Positions 37,411-49,769 of a DNA stretch of 64,000 nt are shown here, in pieces. The translations under genes and the position numbers were made by a program. The notes under the pieces are model-generated. The model made no database searches and was not told the origin of the DNA. It saw only the letters and a program-made list of their open reading frames with translations. Each line of letters starts with the position of its first letter. Position 1 is the first letter of the stretch. The stretch is from Mobula birostris (taxonomy: Eukaryota), in contig NC_092379.1 of assembly GCF_030028105.1 (NCBI RefSeq), positions 21,925,309-21,989,308 of the forward strand, written 5' to 3'.

Positions 37411-40387
37411 TTCTGATACTGATGAGAGTGAAGGCAGAAACTAATTGAGTCAGACGATCTGATATACCAGACCATTTGGAAACAACAGTTCCTGAGGAAT
37501 GGTTTGGAATTGGGTGATGGACAGAAAAGTGAAGGGAAAATAAAGAGAGAGGAACATACAGAGAGAGTGAAGGAGGAAGAGGATAAAAGTCATGAAGTGG
37601 GAAAGAATGAAATGGGGAGGAAGTGATGAGAGGTTGACAGAAAGGGGAAGGAGGGAATGAGAAAGAAATGATGTGGATATGCAGTGAGTGCTTTGGGGAA
37701 CAGGAGAGTGAAAGTCCCAGGAAGAGATAAAGAGAGTGGGAGAGGAACATGGTGAAGGAAAGGAAACTCAACAGATTTTGTTTCTCTCCCGTGACTCTGG
37801 TACGACACAGACTTAAATGAAACGTACAGCACAGGAGCAGATTCAGACCAATTATTTCATGTCACTGTTTATTTTCCACACAAACCTCCAGTCACTTCAT
37901 CTTTGTGCAACTGGGTTAAGTTCTCCTTCTGTTCCCTTTCCCCACATTCATTTCTGTGGGAGAGCTCCACATTCTCCCAACTCTCTGGATAAATAATCCA
38001 AACTGGATGATTAATGATTATTTACAACAGTTTTACTCCCCTGAAGACTGAACCACTTTTCTCCTCCACCCGATCAGGTACTTTTATCATCTGTGAGGTG
38101 GAAATATGCTTTACCCTTCAACCTTCTCATGACCCTCCTCTCCAGGGTGTATTAGAGCAGCTAAAATATTCACCTATTACTAATGAGGTAAAAAAATGTC
38201 CCCGTTTTCACAGGAAAGAGCCCAAGAGTCAAATCCAGCACATTCCAGCATCAATGAGACAGTGTCCCTGCTGGGAGAATTTCATGGGACTGGGTAAGAG
38301 GAGAGTACAGATTGCTTTTTGTCCAAGTTAAAGCATAGGTTTCATGCCTGCATTAACCTGGGTGAAACTTCATGAACCCTCAATTCTGGTTGCTCCATTA
38401 CAAGGATGTGGAGGCTTTGGAGAGGGTGTAAAAGACATTCACGAGCATGTTGCCTGGATTAGAGAATATTAGCTGTAAGGAGAGGTTGAACAATCTTTGA
38501 CTGTTTGCTCTGGACCATAGGCTCAGAGGCAACTTGATAGAGGCTTATAAAAGTATGAGAGTTATCGATAGAGTCGACAGTTAGAGTCATTTTCCCGGGG
38601 TAAAATGTCATTTCCAAAAGGACAAAGATTTAAGGTGAGGGGTATAACATTCAAAGGAGATTTGTGGGTTGTAGTTTTTACACACAGAGTGATAGGTGCC
38701 TGGAATGCACTGGCAGGGGTGGTGGTGAATCAGCATGATAGTACAGTTGAGATACATTTGAAAAAGCACAAGACCATTCAGGATATGGAGGGATATGGAT
38801 TCTGTGCAGATAGTTCAGTTTAGATTAATTTGGTGTTGTGGTTGTCACAGTCATCATGGGCTGAAGGGCCTGTTCCTGTGCTGTACTGTTCTGTGTTGAA
38901 GGTTTACTTGAAGCTCAGTAACTATTTGTTATTAATAGCTGACAGATGTCTGAAACTCTGTGATAACATTAACACTCAGTCCTTACACTTCCTGTCAGGT
39001 TTAATTTGAGCAGGGGGCCCTCCCAGTGGAGCTGTGTTACTAAAAAGAATAAACACACTGCTTTACATATGGAAATACAATTCTAATGTTGTGCTTTGCA
39101 CCAACCAACAGGTTCACGTTTACCACACAGAATGAGACAAAATGAAATGAATCAAAACCAAAGGGCAAAAGATGCAGAAACAGCAAGACCCTCTCCTTGT
39201 TACAGAGCATTTTCCACGTGTCAGAAACGGGCTCACTGTAATGATGATTGATTGTTACTGATTGATTTATTGATTACGTTATAGGAATGAGCAGTTCAAA
39301 TGTATGTACACCTGCATTTTATGTTCTGAAGCAGTTGGGAGACTCCCACCAACAACTGAAAGTGTGTTTGCTCAGACTGAGCACAGAAGTCCATCCTGAT
39401 GACTGTAGTTCAGGTGATCAGATAATTGTGAATTGGCAGCAATAAAGTGGAAAATAAGGACAAACTAAAAGAGGCCACAGACTGCCTTGTCAACGTTACA
39501 ACAATGGGCAGAATCCCGGTGCGACATGCTGGAGCTGATGTTTATTGAAGAGAACGAAGGCTGCCCGGTGAATCTAGTTTAGACTGAAGCAGCAACACAG
39601 ATCACAATCACTATGAATCACTGAGCTGGGGGTTATCATTGGCCTGGAAGCTCTTAGGCCCTGAAGATCAATTATAACAAACTTGCATATTCAGAGAGAT
39701 TCAATGACCTGTCATCCAATCGTCATTGCAAGGTTGTCATCTGATGAGGTCCACAAGTTCAGATATCTACTAAACCTTCTTTCTGACATCTGGACAGTAA
39801 AATGTATAGTTTTACTCCTGTAAGAGCCTTAGGCCAGTAGCTTGCTGTTTGAATTTTGTACTCACCTTGAATAAAATAACATCATTTGAACTGCATTTGT
39901 TTCTTTAAACACAGAATCTATTCTAGTAAGAACAGATCGACAGATCTCACAATACCTGAAAATAACTGTCCTGAAGGTGGTACTGGATGGTACTGCCGTA
40001 TCATTTTGGGAATTTTGCACTTTCAGGTGTTAGATTGGACTATACCTTATTTTCATTGTAGTTTAACTTTCTAATGTTTGTTTGTTTTTAAATAATTAGT
40101 TAAATACATGTGATTGTTCAGTGGGTTGCCAATGCCTTTGTATCTCCTGGAAACTCTCAGGTTCAGTGGCGGGTGTCACATTGCTCGAATTGGGGCTATC
40201 TTATTAGTTAATTTAAGCAATGGAATATGAATGGAATGTTTGCTACCAGTATTCTGCCATCTTAAGCAATGGGTTTTAATGCCCCTTCTGACTTCTGAAG
40301 AACTTTAGGTTGCAAAAACTTCAGGACCCAACACAAGTTTAAGTTTTGATAACGAATCCATCAGACAGGCTGGGGAACCCAGCATTT

Positions 40388-40672
40388 GGGTGGCATGGTA
40401 GTGTAGTGGTTAACAGAATGCTTTCCAGTGCAGGCGACCTGGGGTTCAATTCCTGTCGCTACCTGTAAGGAATTTGTAATTTCCCCCCAAGAATGTCTGG
40501 GTTTCCACCGGTACTCCAGTTTCCTCTCACAGTCCAAAGACATACCAGTTGGTACTTTAATTGGTCATTGTAAATTGTCTTATGATTACACTAGGATTAA
40601 ATCAGGATTCCTGGGCAGTGTGGCTCAAAGGGCCAGAAGGGCCTACTGTATGCCAATGAATACATTAAATAA
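40388..40672 (+). mobile_element. tRNA-derived SINE
   Basis: A-box-like TGGTAGTGTAGTGG, B-box-like GGTTCAATTCC, central ...GGGTTTCC...CTCCAGTTTCCTC.CACAGTCCAAAGAC core typical of fish SINEs. Confidence 0.75.
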
Positions 40673-41049
40673 TTTTCAAGGACTTCATTGATTTTTTGCT
40701 ATGAATTCATTCTAAAATGAATCCCGAGTTTCTTCTCACCCTCCTCCATAAGGGAGTCCAGTCCTACGGTCAGTTACTCTGTCTGAGGAGCTTCCTCAAC
40801 AAAGTCCACAGATTCATTCTAATGAAGTTAAACCTGCAGTACTGTGTCTTTCTCTTCCTCTTTAATTTAAATCCATCTTACGGATGTCATTTCCAACCCT
40901 TCACTCTTCCATCACTCTGTGTCAGGCGTCTCAGTGCGACAGTAAATTGTGGTGCAAACCATTTCAGCACATCATCCCATTGGGCTGAGGCATTGCTTCC
41001 AAATTTCTCCTCTGACCAGACACTTCCTCACCTGCCAATCCCTCTCCTT

Positions 41050-44000
41050 CTATGACCTGACATCTGATTTATGCTTCTGTGAAACTCCTGATGATTTCCT
41101 ATATTAAATCCACATTGTAAATGCAAGTGGTTGCTTTTGGGTAAAATTGTCTAGTTATTTTGCATTGCAGACCAACCATATCCACAAATGAGCCACAAAA
41201 GTTCTTGATGATGAACGGGGGCTGAGTCCCAAGGAAGTCACATTTTCTATTAGAACGTGCAAGAGCGTAGAAAATAAAATCAGAAAACAGTGAGGTAGGC
41301 AGTGTCTGGGAAAGAACATCAATCACTGGTGATTCTGGTCTGCATTCCCCTTCAGACTGCAGTGGGGTCACAGTTACCTCTTTTGATGTTTAACCCCGGG
41401 AACACTTACAAGGCTTCTGTACTAACCATTAACCACTGAGTCTGTACTAAACTTTAACCAGACTGAGTCTGCACTAACCATTATTAACTACTGAGTCTGT
41501 ACTAAACTTTAACCAGACTGAGTCTGTACTAACCACTGAGTCCACACTATCTATTAACCACCTGGCCTATAATCTCCTTTCTTCTGCCTCTGTCCCTTCT
41601 TAAAGAATAGAGTGACATTTGCAATTTCCCAGTCCTCTGGAACCATTTCAGAATCTAGGGATTGTTGAAAGATCATTACTAATGCCTCCACAGTCTCTTC
41701 AGCTACCTCTTTCAGAGTCCTGAAGTGTTGTCCATCTAGTCCAGGTAATTTAAGTGCCTTCAGACTTTTCAACATCTCAAGCACCTTCTCCTTCGTAATA
41801 GAAATGACACTCACTTCTGCCCCCTGACACTCTTGCATTTCTGGCATTCTGCTGGGGTGTTCCACAGTGAAGACTAACATAAAATATTTTCTAAGTTCTC
41901 CTGCAGTGTAGTACTCCAGTGGTCCGATGTCCACTCTGGTCTCTCATTTACTTGATATGTACAGTATCTGAAAAAACTTTTGGCATCCTCTTTTATATTA
42001 TTGGCTAGCTTACCTTTATATTTCACCCCTTCTCTCTTTATGTCCTTTTTTAGTTACCTTCAAGTTTAGGTTCATTTATTATCATTCATCAAGGCGTGAA
42101 TGCCCATCAGTATAGACAAACAAAGCAGCGATTCTCCACGGCCAAGGTGCAAATCACAGTACAAACAGTCACACACAGCACAAACTACATATAGCACACA
42201 TTAGATAGCAAGCTTTCTGTTGGATTTTGCTATATTATATGGCCTTTTGTTTCCTTTATGCTGATTTTGATTTCCTTTGATAGTTATGGTTGTTTCATCC
42301 TCCCTTTAGAATACTTCTTCATCTTTGGGATGCATCTTTCCTATGCCTTCCAAATTTCTCCCAGAAACTCGAGCCTTTTCAATTCTGCCATCATCCCTGT
42401 TACTGACCCCTTCCAATCAACTGTGGCTAACTCCTCTCTCATGCGTCTTTAATTCCCTTTATTGCACTATAATACTGATACATCTGATTTTAGCTTCTTC
42501 TTCTCAAACTGCAGGGTGAATTTTATTATATTATGATCATTTTTCCTAAGGGTTCTTTACCTTAAGCTCCCAAATCAAATCCAGTTCATTTCCCTACACC
42601 CAATCCAGAATTACTGTTCCACTTTTGGACTCAACAACAAGATGCTCGAAAAGCAATCTCATAGGCATCCTACGAATTTCTTCTCTTGGGATCCAGCAAC
42701 AATATCATTTTTCCAATCTACCTACATATTGAAATCCCCATGATTCTTGTAACTTTCCCCTTTTTACATGCCCTTCCTCTCTCCCATTGTAATTTGTAGC
42801 CCTCATCCTGGCCACTGTTCAGAGGCCTGTATATAACTCCCATCAGGATCCTTTTCCCCTTGCAGTTTCTTAACTCTGCCTACAACGATACTACATCTTC
42901 TGATACTACGTCACCCCTTTCTAAGGATTTGTTTTCATTTTTTACCAACAGAGCTACCTCATTCCCTCTGTCTACCTGCCTATACTTTTGATATTATGTG
43001 TATCTTTGGATGCCATGATCTTCTTTCAGCCATGACTCAGTGATGCTCACAACATCATACCTGCCAATCTCTAACTGCACTACAAGACCTTATTCCGTAT
43101 ACTGTGTGCATTCCAATATAACAGCTTCAGTCCTGTATTCATCACTCTTTTTGATTTTGGCCCCATGTTACACTTTAACTCATTCACATGACTTCAGTTT
43201 TGCCTATTATCTGCCTGTCCTTTCCTCTCAGCCTCACTATACACCGCATCTAGTTGTATACCAACTTCCCCACCCTCAGCCCTATCACTCTGGTTCTCAT
43301 CTCCCTGCCAAATTAGTTTTAACCGTCCCAAATAGCTCTGGCAAACCTGCCTGCCAAGATATTTGTTCCCCTTGGTTTCAGGTTGTAACCTGTCCTTTTT
43401 GTACAGGTCATACATTCCTCAGAAGAGATCACAATGGTCCAGAAATCTGAAACTCTGCCCATGCAGCAAATCTTTTGCCACACAATCTGCAGCCAAGTCA
43501 TCTTATTCTTACCCTTACTGGCGCATGGCAGCAATCTAGTGATTACTACCATGGAGATCCAGTTCTTCAGCTTTTCATCTAAATCCTGATATTCTCTCTT
43601 CAGGACCTCCTCCTTTTCCTACTGTCTTCCAGCTGTTCACTCTCCCCCTTTAGAATGCTCCTGACCTGATCTGAGACATCCCTGACCCTGGCACCATTGA
43701 AGCAACACACCATCTGGGTGTCTCTTTCACATCCGTAGAATCTGCTGTCTGCTCCTCTGATTATGGAATCCACTATCACTGCTGCACTCCTCTTCCACAC
43801 CCCCACCTTCCCATCTGAGCCACTGGGACAGACTCAGTGCCAGAGAACAGGTCACTGCAGCTGCTCCTTGGTAGGTCATCACCTCCAACTATATCCAACG
43901 CAGTATACTTATTATTAGCCATAGTCATAGTCATACTTTATTGATCCCGGGGGAAATTGGTTTTCATTACAGTTGCACCATAAATAATAAATAGTAATAA

Positions 44001-46870
44001 AACCATAAATAGTTAAATAGTAATATGTAAATTGTGCCAGGACATAAGTCCAGGACCAGCCTATTGGCTCAGGGTGTCTGACCCTCCAAGGGAGGAGTTG
44101 TAAAGTTTGATGACCACAGGCAGGAATGACTTCCTATGGCACTCAGTGTTGCATCTCGGTGGAATAAGTCTCTGGCTGAATGTACTCCTGTGCCCACCCA
44201 GTACATTATGTAGTGGATGGGAGACATTGTCCAAGATGGCATGCAACTTGGACAGCATCCTCTTTTCAGACACCACCATCAGAGAATCCAGTTCCATCCC
44301 CACAACATCACTGGCCTTACGAATGAGTTTGTTGATTCTGTTGGTGTCTGCTACCCTCAGCCTGCTGCCTCAGCACACAACAGCAAACATGATAGCACTG
44401 GCCACCACAGACTCGTAGAACATCCTCAGCATCGTCCGGCAGATGTTAAAGGACCTCAGTCTCCTCAGGAAATAGAGACGGCTCTGACCCTTCTTGTAGA
44501 CAGCCTCAGTGTTCTTTGACCAGTCCAGTTTATTGTCAATTCATATCCCCAGGTATTTGTAATCCTCCACCATGTCCATACTGACCCCCTGTGGAAACAA
44601 TAGGTGGAAACACTGGACCTATTGTCAGAGCATTTGGAGTGTACTAACAGAAAAAATAAACTTACTATAAACTTACTCAGAACATCCAACTGTGGTTGCC
44701 CAAGCCAGTTTTCAGGGAAGCCTGTTTCGTCAAAGCCTGACCACTCTAACACTGTTCACTCACACAGTGGCTACTCCACTTTCACCTTGCTTCTTTTTAT
44801 TCATCCCTGCGAGGTGCCTAATAGATTGTTATGATTGCAGTCCCTAAAAAACCTGAGCACTTTTTAATTCTTTTGCTGTGTCTCCCTCGAATGACTTTTC
44901 GCACTGATTGTAGCCCACCAAAAAGTTCCAAGTGGAATCTTGTTCAGCTGAATAAGTGGACTGAAGTGTGGTAAATGGAGTTCTATTCAGGGAAGTGCAA
45001 GGTGTAATACTTTGGAAATTTAAACCAGGTAGGACTTCCACAGTGAACGATAGGGTCCTGGAGGGTGTTGTGGAACAGACAGGCCTTGGAGTTCAAATAG
45101 AAAGCAGAAAACAGGACTTCCAGTGCAGTAATCTTTGGATTTCTGCCTGTGCCACATGCCTTTGAGGATAAAAATGGAATGAGTTGACAGATGAAAGTAT
45201 GGTTGAGAAACTGGTACAGGGGGCAGAATTTCAGATTTCTGGATAAAAGATTATAGTTGGGAGCTTGACATCCAAGGATACACATTGTATCAAAAGGATA
45301 GGTAAGTAGGCAGAGGGGGTGGCATGGGAGATGGAGAAACATTGTGGGTAGAGTTAAGGAACTGCAAGGGTAGAAAGGTCCTGAAGGGAGTTATATACAG
45401 ATTTCCAAACATCAACCAGGACGTGGGCGACAAATTACAATGGGAGATATAAAACACAAGTCAAAAGAGTTTTTTGACAAGGTGACAAGACTGACTAATC
45501 AAGGTAGAGCAGTGGATGTTGTCTATGTGGGTCAATGTTGTGAAAGTCAAAGTCAATGTTGTGCTGAACCAGCTAAAAAGTAAATCAAAACCCCCCAAAA
45601 ACTAATCCCTCCTACTTACATAATGTCTATATCCATCCATTTTCCTCATATTCATGTACCTATCCAGAAGTCTGGTAAAAGTCGCTAATGTATTTGCCTC
45701 CGCCACCATACACCTCTCATAATCTTGTAAACCTCAGCCTCTGCCACTCCAAAGAAAACAACCTAAGTTTGTTTAGCCTCTCTTGATAGCACATTCCCTT
45801 AAAACTAGACAGCAATCTGTTAAACCTCTTCTGCACCCTCTCCAAAGCCTCAATATCCTTCCTATAGTGGGGTGACCAGAAATGTGTCCAATCCTCCAGA
45901 TGTGACCAAACCAGATTTTCATAAAGTTGCAACATAACCCCTTGACTTTTGAACTCAATGCCTTGACTAATAAAAGCAAGCATTCCATAAGCCTTCTTAA
46001 CCACCATATCCACCAGTTTTGCCGCTTTCAAGGAGCTATGAACTTGGACCCTAAAATCTCTGTGCTCAGCAACACTATTAAGGGTCTTGCCCCTAACAGT
46101 GTACTGTCTCCTTGCATTTGCCTTACCAAGGTGCAACACCTCACTTTTATCTGGGTTAAGCTCCATCTGCAATTTCTGTGCCCATATCTATATCATGTTC
46201 TATTCTTTGCCAGCCTTCTACACTATCCACAACTCCACGAGTTTTGACACTATCTGCAAACATACTAACCCACCCATCTACATTTTCATCCAGGTCATTT
46301 ATATACAGTACGTCACAAACAAAGGTCAGCACAGATCCCTGCGGAACACCACCAATTACAGACCTCCAGCTCCAATAAGTCCCTTTGATCAATACCCTCA
46401 GTCTTCTCTGCTCAAGCTACTTCTGAATTGAAACATCTAATTTGCCATGGGTCCCTTGCATCCTAATCTTCTAGATTAGCCTCCCAGGAGAGACTTTATC
46501 AAACACCTTACTAAAACCCATGTGGACAACATCCACTGTTCTACCTTGATCTGTCAGTCTTGTCACCTTGTCAAAAAACTCAATCAAGTTGGTAAGGCAC
46601 GATCTGCCCTGCACAAAGCCATGCTGGCTCTCTGCAGTTAGGCTATGGGTTTCCAAATGCTCATAGATCCTATTGCTAAGAATTTTCTCCAGCAATTCCC
46701 CTACAACTGATGTGAGACTCCCTGTTCCATAGTTGCCAGGATTTTCCTTTATTCCCTCCTTAAATAGAGGTACAACATTAGCTAATTGCCAGTCATCAGG
46801 GAACTTGCCTGTGCCTAGAGAGGAAACAAAGATACTGGTTAAGGGCTGAGCAATCTTCCTCAATTACCTG
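41050..46870 (-). repeat. Inverted segmental duplicate of about 1-9340 (CR1 fragments plus unique sequence)
   Basis: Collinear reverse-complement match with shared nested insertions, a shared truncation point and shared diagnostic substitutions (see findings). Confidence 0.88.
43921..44590 (-). mobile_element. LINE 3' fragment (Rex/Babar-like), present only in the right duplicate arm
   Basis: ORF ...VSEKRMLSKLHAILDNVSHPLH...RLIPPRCNTECHRKSFLP, with a (ATAGTC)n tail. Confidence 0.7.
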
Positions 46871-48127
46871 GGGTAAATCCCATCAGGCCCTGGGGACTTA
46901 TCCACTTTAATGCTCATTAGTATGTACAACACTTCCTTCTCCTTAATCTCTAAATGCCATAACATATGTACGCACTCAGCTCTGATCTCCTGCTCCTCCA
47001 TGTCATTTTCCTTGGGAAATACTGAAGCAAAGTACTCAATAAGTACCTCAGACACCTTCTCCACATCCAAGCTAATGTTCCCCTCTTTATCCCTGAGTAG
47101 CCCTACCTTCTCCCTAGTTATCCTCTTGTTCTTGATGTATGTGTGCAATACTTTGGGATTCAGCCTAATCCTACTTCTCAGGGACGTTCCTTGGCCCCTC
47201 CTAGCTTTCCTAATTTCTTTCTTTAGTTCATTTCTGGTTTCTTTATACTCCTCTTGTGCTTCGTCTGATCCGAACTTCTGAAGCTTTACATGCTTTTCCC
47301 TTCTTGACAAAATTCATCACCTCTCATGACATCCAAAGTTCTCTTATCTTTCCATCTCTGCCTTTCCTTTTGACAGGAACATACATTTACTGTACTCTGT
47401 GCAATTGATCTTTAAACACCCTCCACATGTCTGATGTGGACTTGCCAGCAAAAAAGGTTTTCCCAAATAACACTTCTTAGTTCCTGCCTAATGCTCACAT
47501 AATTTGCCCTTATCCAACTTAAGAATCTCCTGCAATGACCATACCTGTCCTTATCTATCACTATCCTGAAAGTTAAGGAGTTGTGGTCACTGTTCCCTAA
47601 CTGCTCGTTCACAGAGTGGTTGATCACCTGGCCAGGTTCATTACCCAACACCAGGACCAGTACAGCCCCTCCTCTTGTTCCACCGTCTTGTGATTGCTCC
47701 TTTCCTATTCTTGAGTTCCATCCAAATCGACACAGTGTCTGAACCCCCTATTATGTTTCCCCTCAGTGCAGCTGTGATATTGTCCCTTAGTGGCATACAT
47801 CCCCCCCCCCTTTACCTCCTTCACTATCTTTTCTAAAACTTTGAAAAGCTGGTACATTAATCACCCATTCCTGCCCCTCTCTCAACCAAGTCTTTGTAAT
47901 GGCCACATTGTAGTTCCATGTCCCGATCCATGCTCTAGGTTCATCCCCTTTACCCACAATACTCGTCACATTAAAACACAGACACTTCAAACTATGCATC
48001 TCATCATACCAGGGTTATTTTGATTTTGCATATCAGTACTTCCCCTGACATCTACCTTCTTGTTCAATACTTCAGTTACTGAACTGGTGCTCGGTTTCCA
48101 GACGCTGTAAACCCTTCCAAGTAACAT

Positions 48128-48990
48128 TGTTACATACCTCATGGATATCTTGTGACTGTTTTATGAGGATGATGTAATGGTCTTTTGGAGGTCACCTAAT
48201 GTAATTTTCCCGCCGATGTGAGGTCACGTAATGTCCTGTTCTCACCAGGTATATAAGTGTAGATCCCTGGTGACGCAGTTAGGTTTTCCAGTTAGAACGT
48301 AAGCCAGTTACTCCTCTCCGCTGAGTATTTGCCTTATGACACAGTTTCGATTTAAAACAGAGTTTTACATTCTATTGTAAGGCACAAAAGTGTAGGGCCG
48401 GCAGTTTAACCAATCACTGCCAGGTTTGTTGATGTATCTTTCCAGTAGTATTGGAGAGTGAAGACGGGAACCTGAAAGAGTTGTTCGACGGTTGAAAGGA
48501 GCAACCATTATTGAAATCTTTCAAGAAGGAGTGACCTGCATGAGATAGCCTCTGCTACAAGCAGTAGAAAAGGCTGTGCAGTATCTAGTATCCAGACGGA
48601 AAGGTCAATGCCTTTGAACCATTTTATTTCCACCGTTGTGAATCCTGCGGACAAGGCAGGATCTGGCTGGGATTGGCAGTGAAGTCGTGTCTTCGAGGAA
48701 TTCTTTACTTCAGGAAAGTTTCTCCTAATTGACTGTATAAATCTCTTGGACTTTCAAATTTACCATTCTAAGAACTGTGTTTGAATTTATCACTTTAAGA
48801 ACTGTTTTCGCATTTATCGCTTTAAGAACGAGCACTGAATGGCAGTTTGTTAAATGGCCGCATAGCAGTTTACTTCCGGTAAAGATTTTCGTTTGTTTAT
48901 TTTTTTATGTTGGGCAGAGTTTAATAAATGTTTGATTGTTTTCATAAAACCTAACTGAATTCTACATTCATTGTTGCCGGTCATGTGACA
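48128..48990 (+). mobile_element. Solo LTR related to 7463-8355
   Basis: TGTTACA...GTGACA termini, shared gatgtaatggtcttttgga.gtcacct and ttaataaatgttt blocks. No clean TSD. Confidence 0.8.
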
Positions 48991-49769
48991 GGATTAGCAA
49001 ACCTCCTGGCCAGGATATTCATTCCCCTTCAGTTCAAGTGGAACTTGTCTCTCTTACCAAGGTCAGGCCTTCCTCAGAAAAGGTCCCAATGATCCAAGAA
49101 CTTTAAACCCTGTTCCCTGCACCACCAGCTCAGCCACTCATTCATCTGTGCTATCATCCCATTCCTACCAGCACTAGTCCATACATCGGGAGTAATCTGG
49201 AGATTACTATCTTGGAGGTCCTTCTCTTCAGCCTCTTTCCTAACTCTACGTACAAACTTTTGCCAATGTTTTTGATGCCAATATGGATCAGAATCTCTGG
49301 CTGTTCACTAACCCACATCCAACTTTGGGAATATCCTGTCATCTCTCTGATACATCCTGGACTCTAGCATCCAGAAGGAAACACACCACCCTGTTGTCTC
49401 TCTTGTGGCCATAGAATCCCCTCTCTGTCCCCTTAACTGTCAAATCCCTCATCACTTCCGCACTGCCTGAATTTACCCTTCCCTGCTGAGCCTCAGAGCT
49501 GGCCACAGTGCCACTAGCCTGGCTGCTGCTGCTGTGCCCTGATGGGTCATCCCCCACAGCAGTATCCAAAGAGGTATACTTGTGCTGAGGCCAATAGCCA
49601 CAGGGGAACCTTGCAATTACTGCTGAATCCCCTTAACTTTCCTGTTGGTCACCCATCTACTGAGTGAAGCCCATACTCTGGGTGTGACCACCTCTTCAAT
49701 AGTCTCATCTATAATGTCTTCAGCCTCCTGGATGATCCTGAGTACATCCAACTCCAGCTCCAGTGGAGA

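Noticed and set aside
38146-38293. Two small exon-like segments with AG/GT boundaries on the + strand
   Set aside because: The implied intron is only 26 nt, the peptides are unrecognisable, and there are no partner exons.
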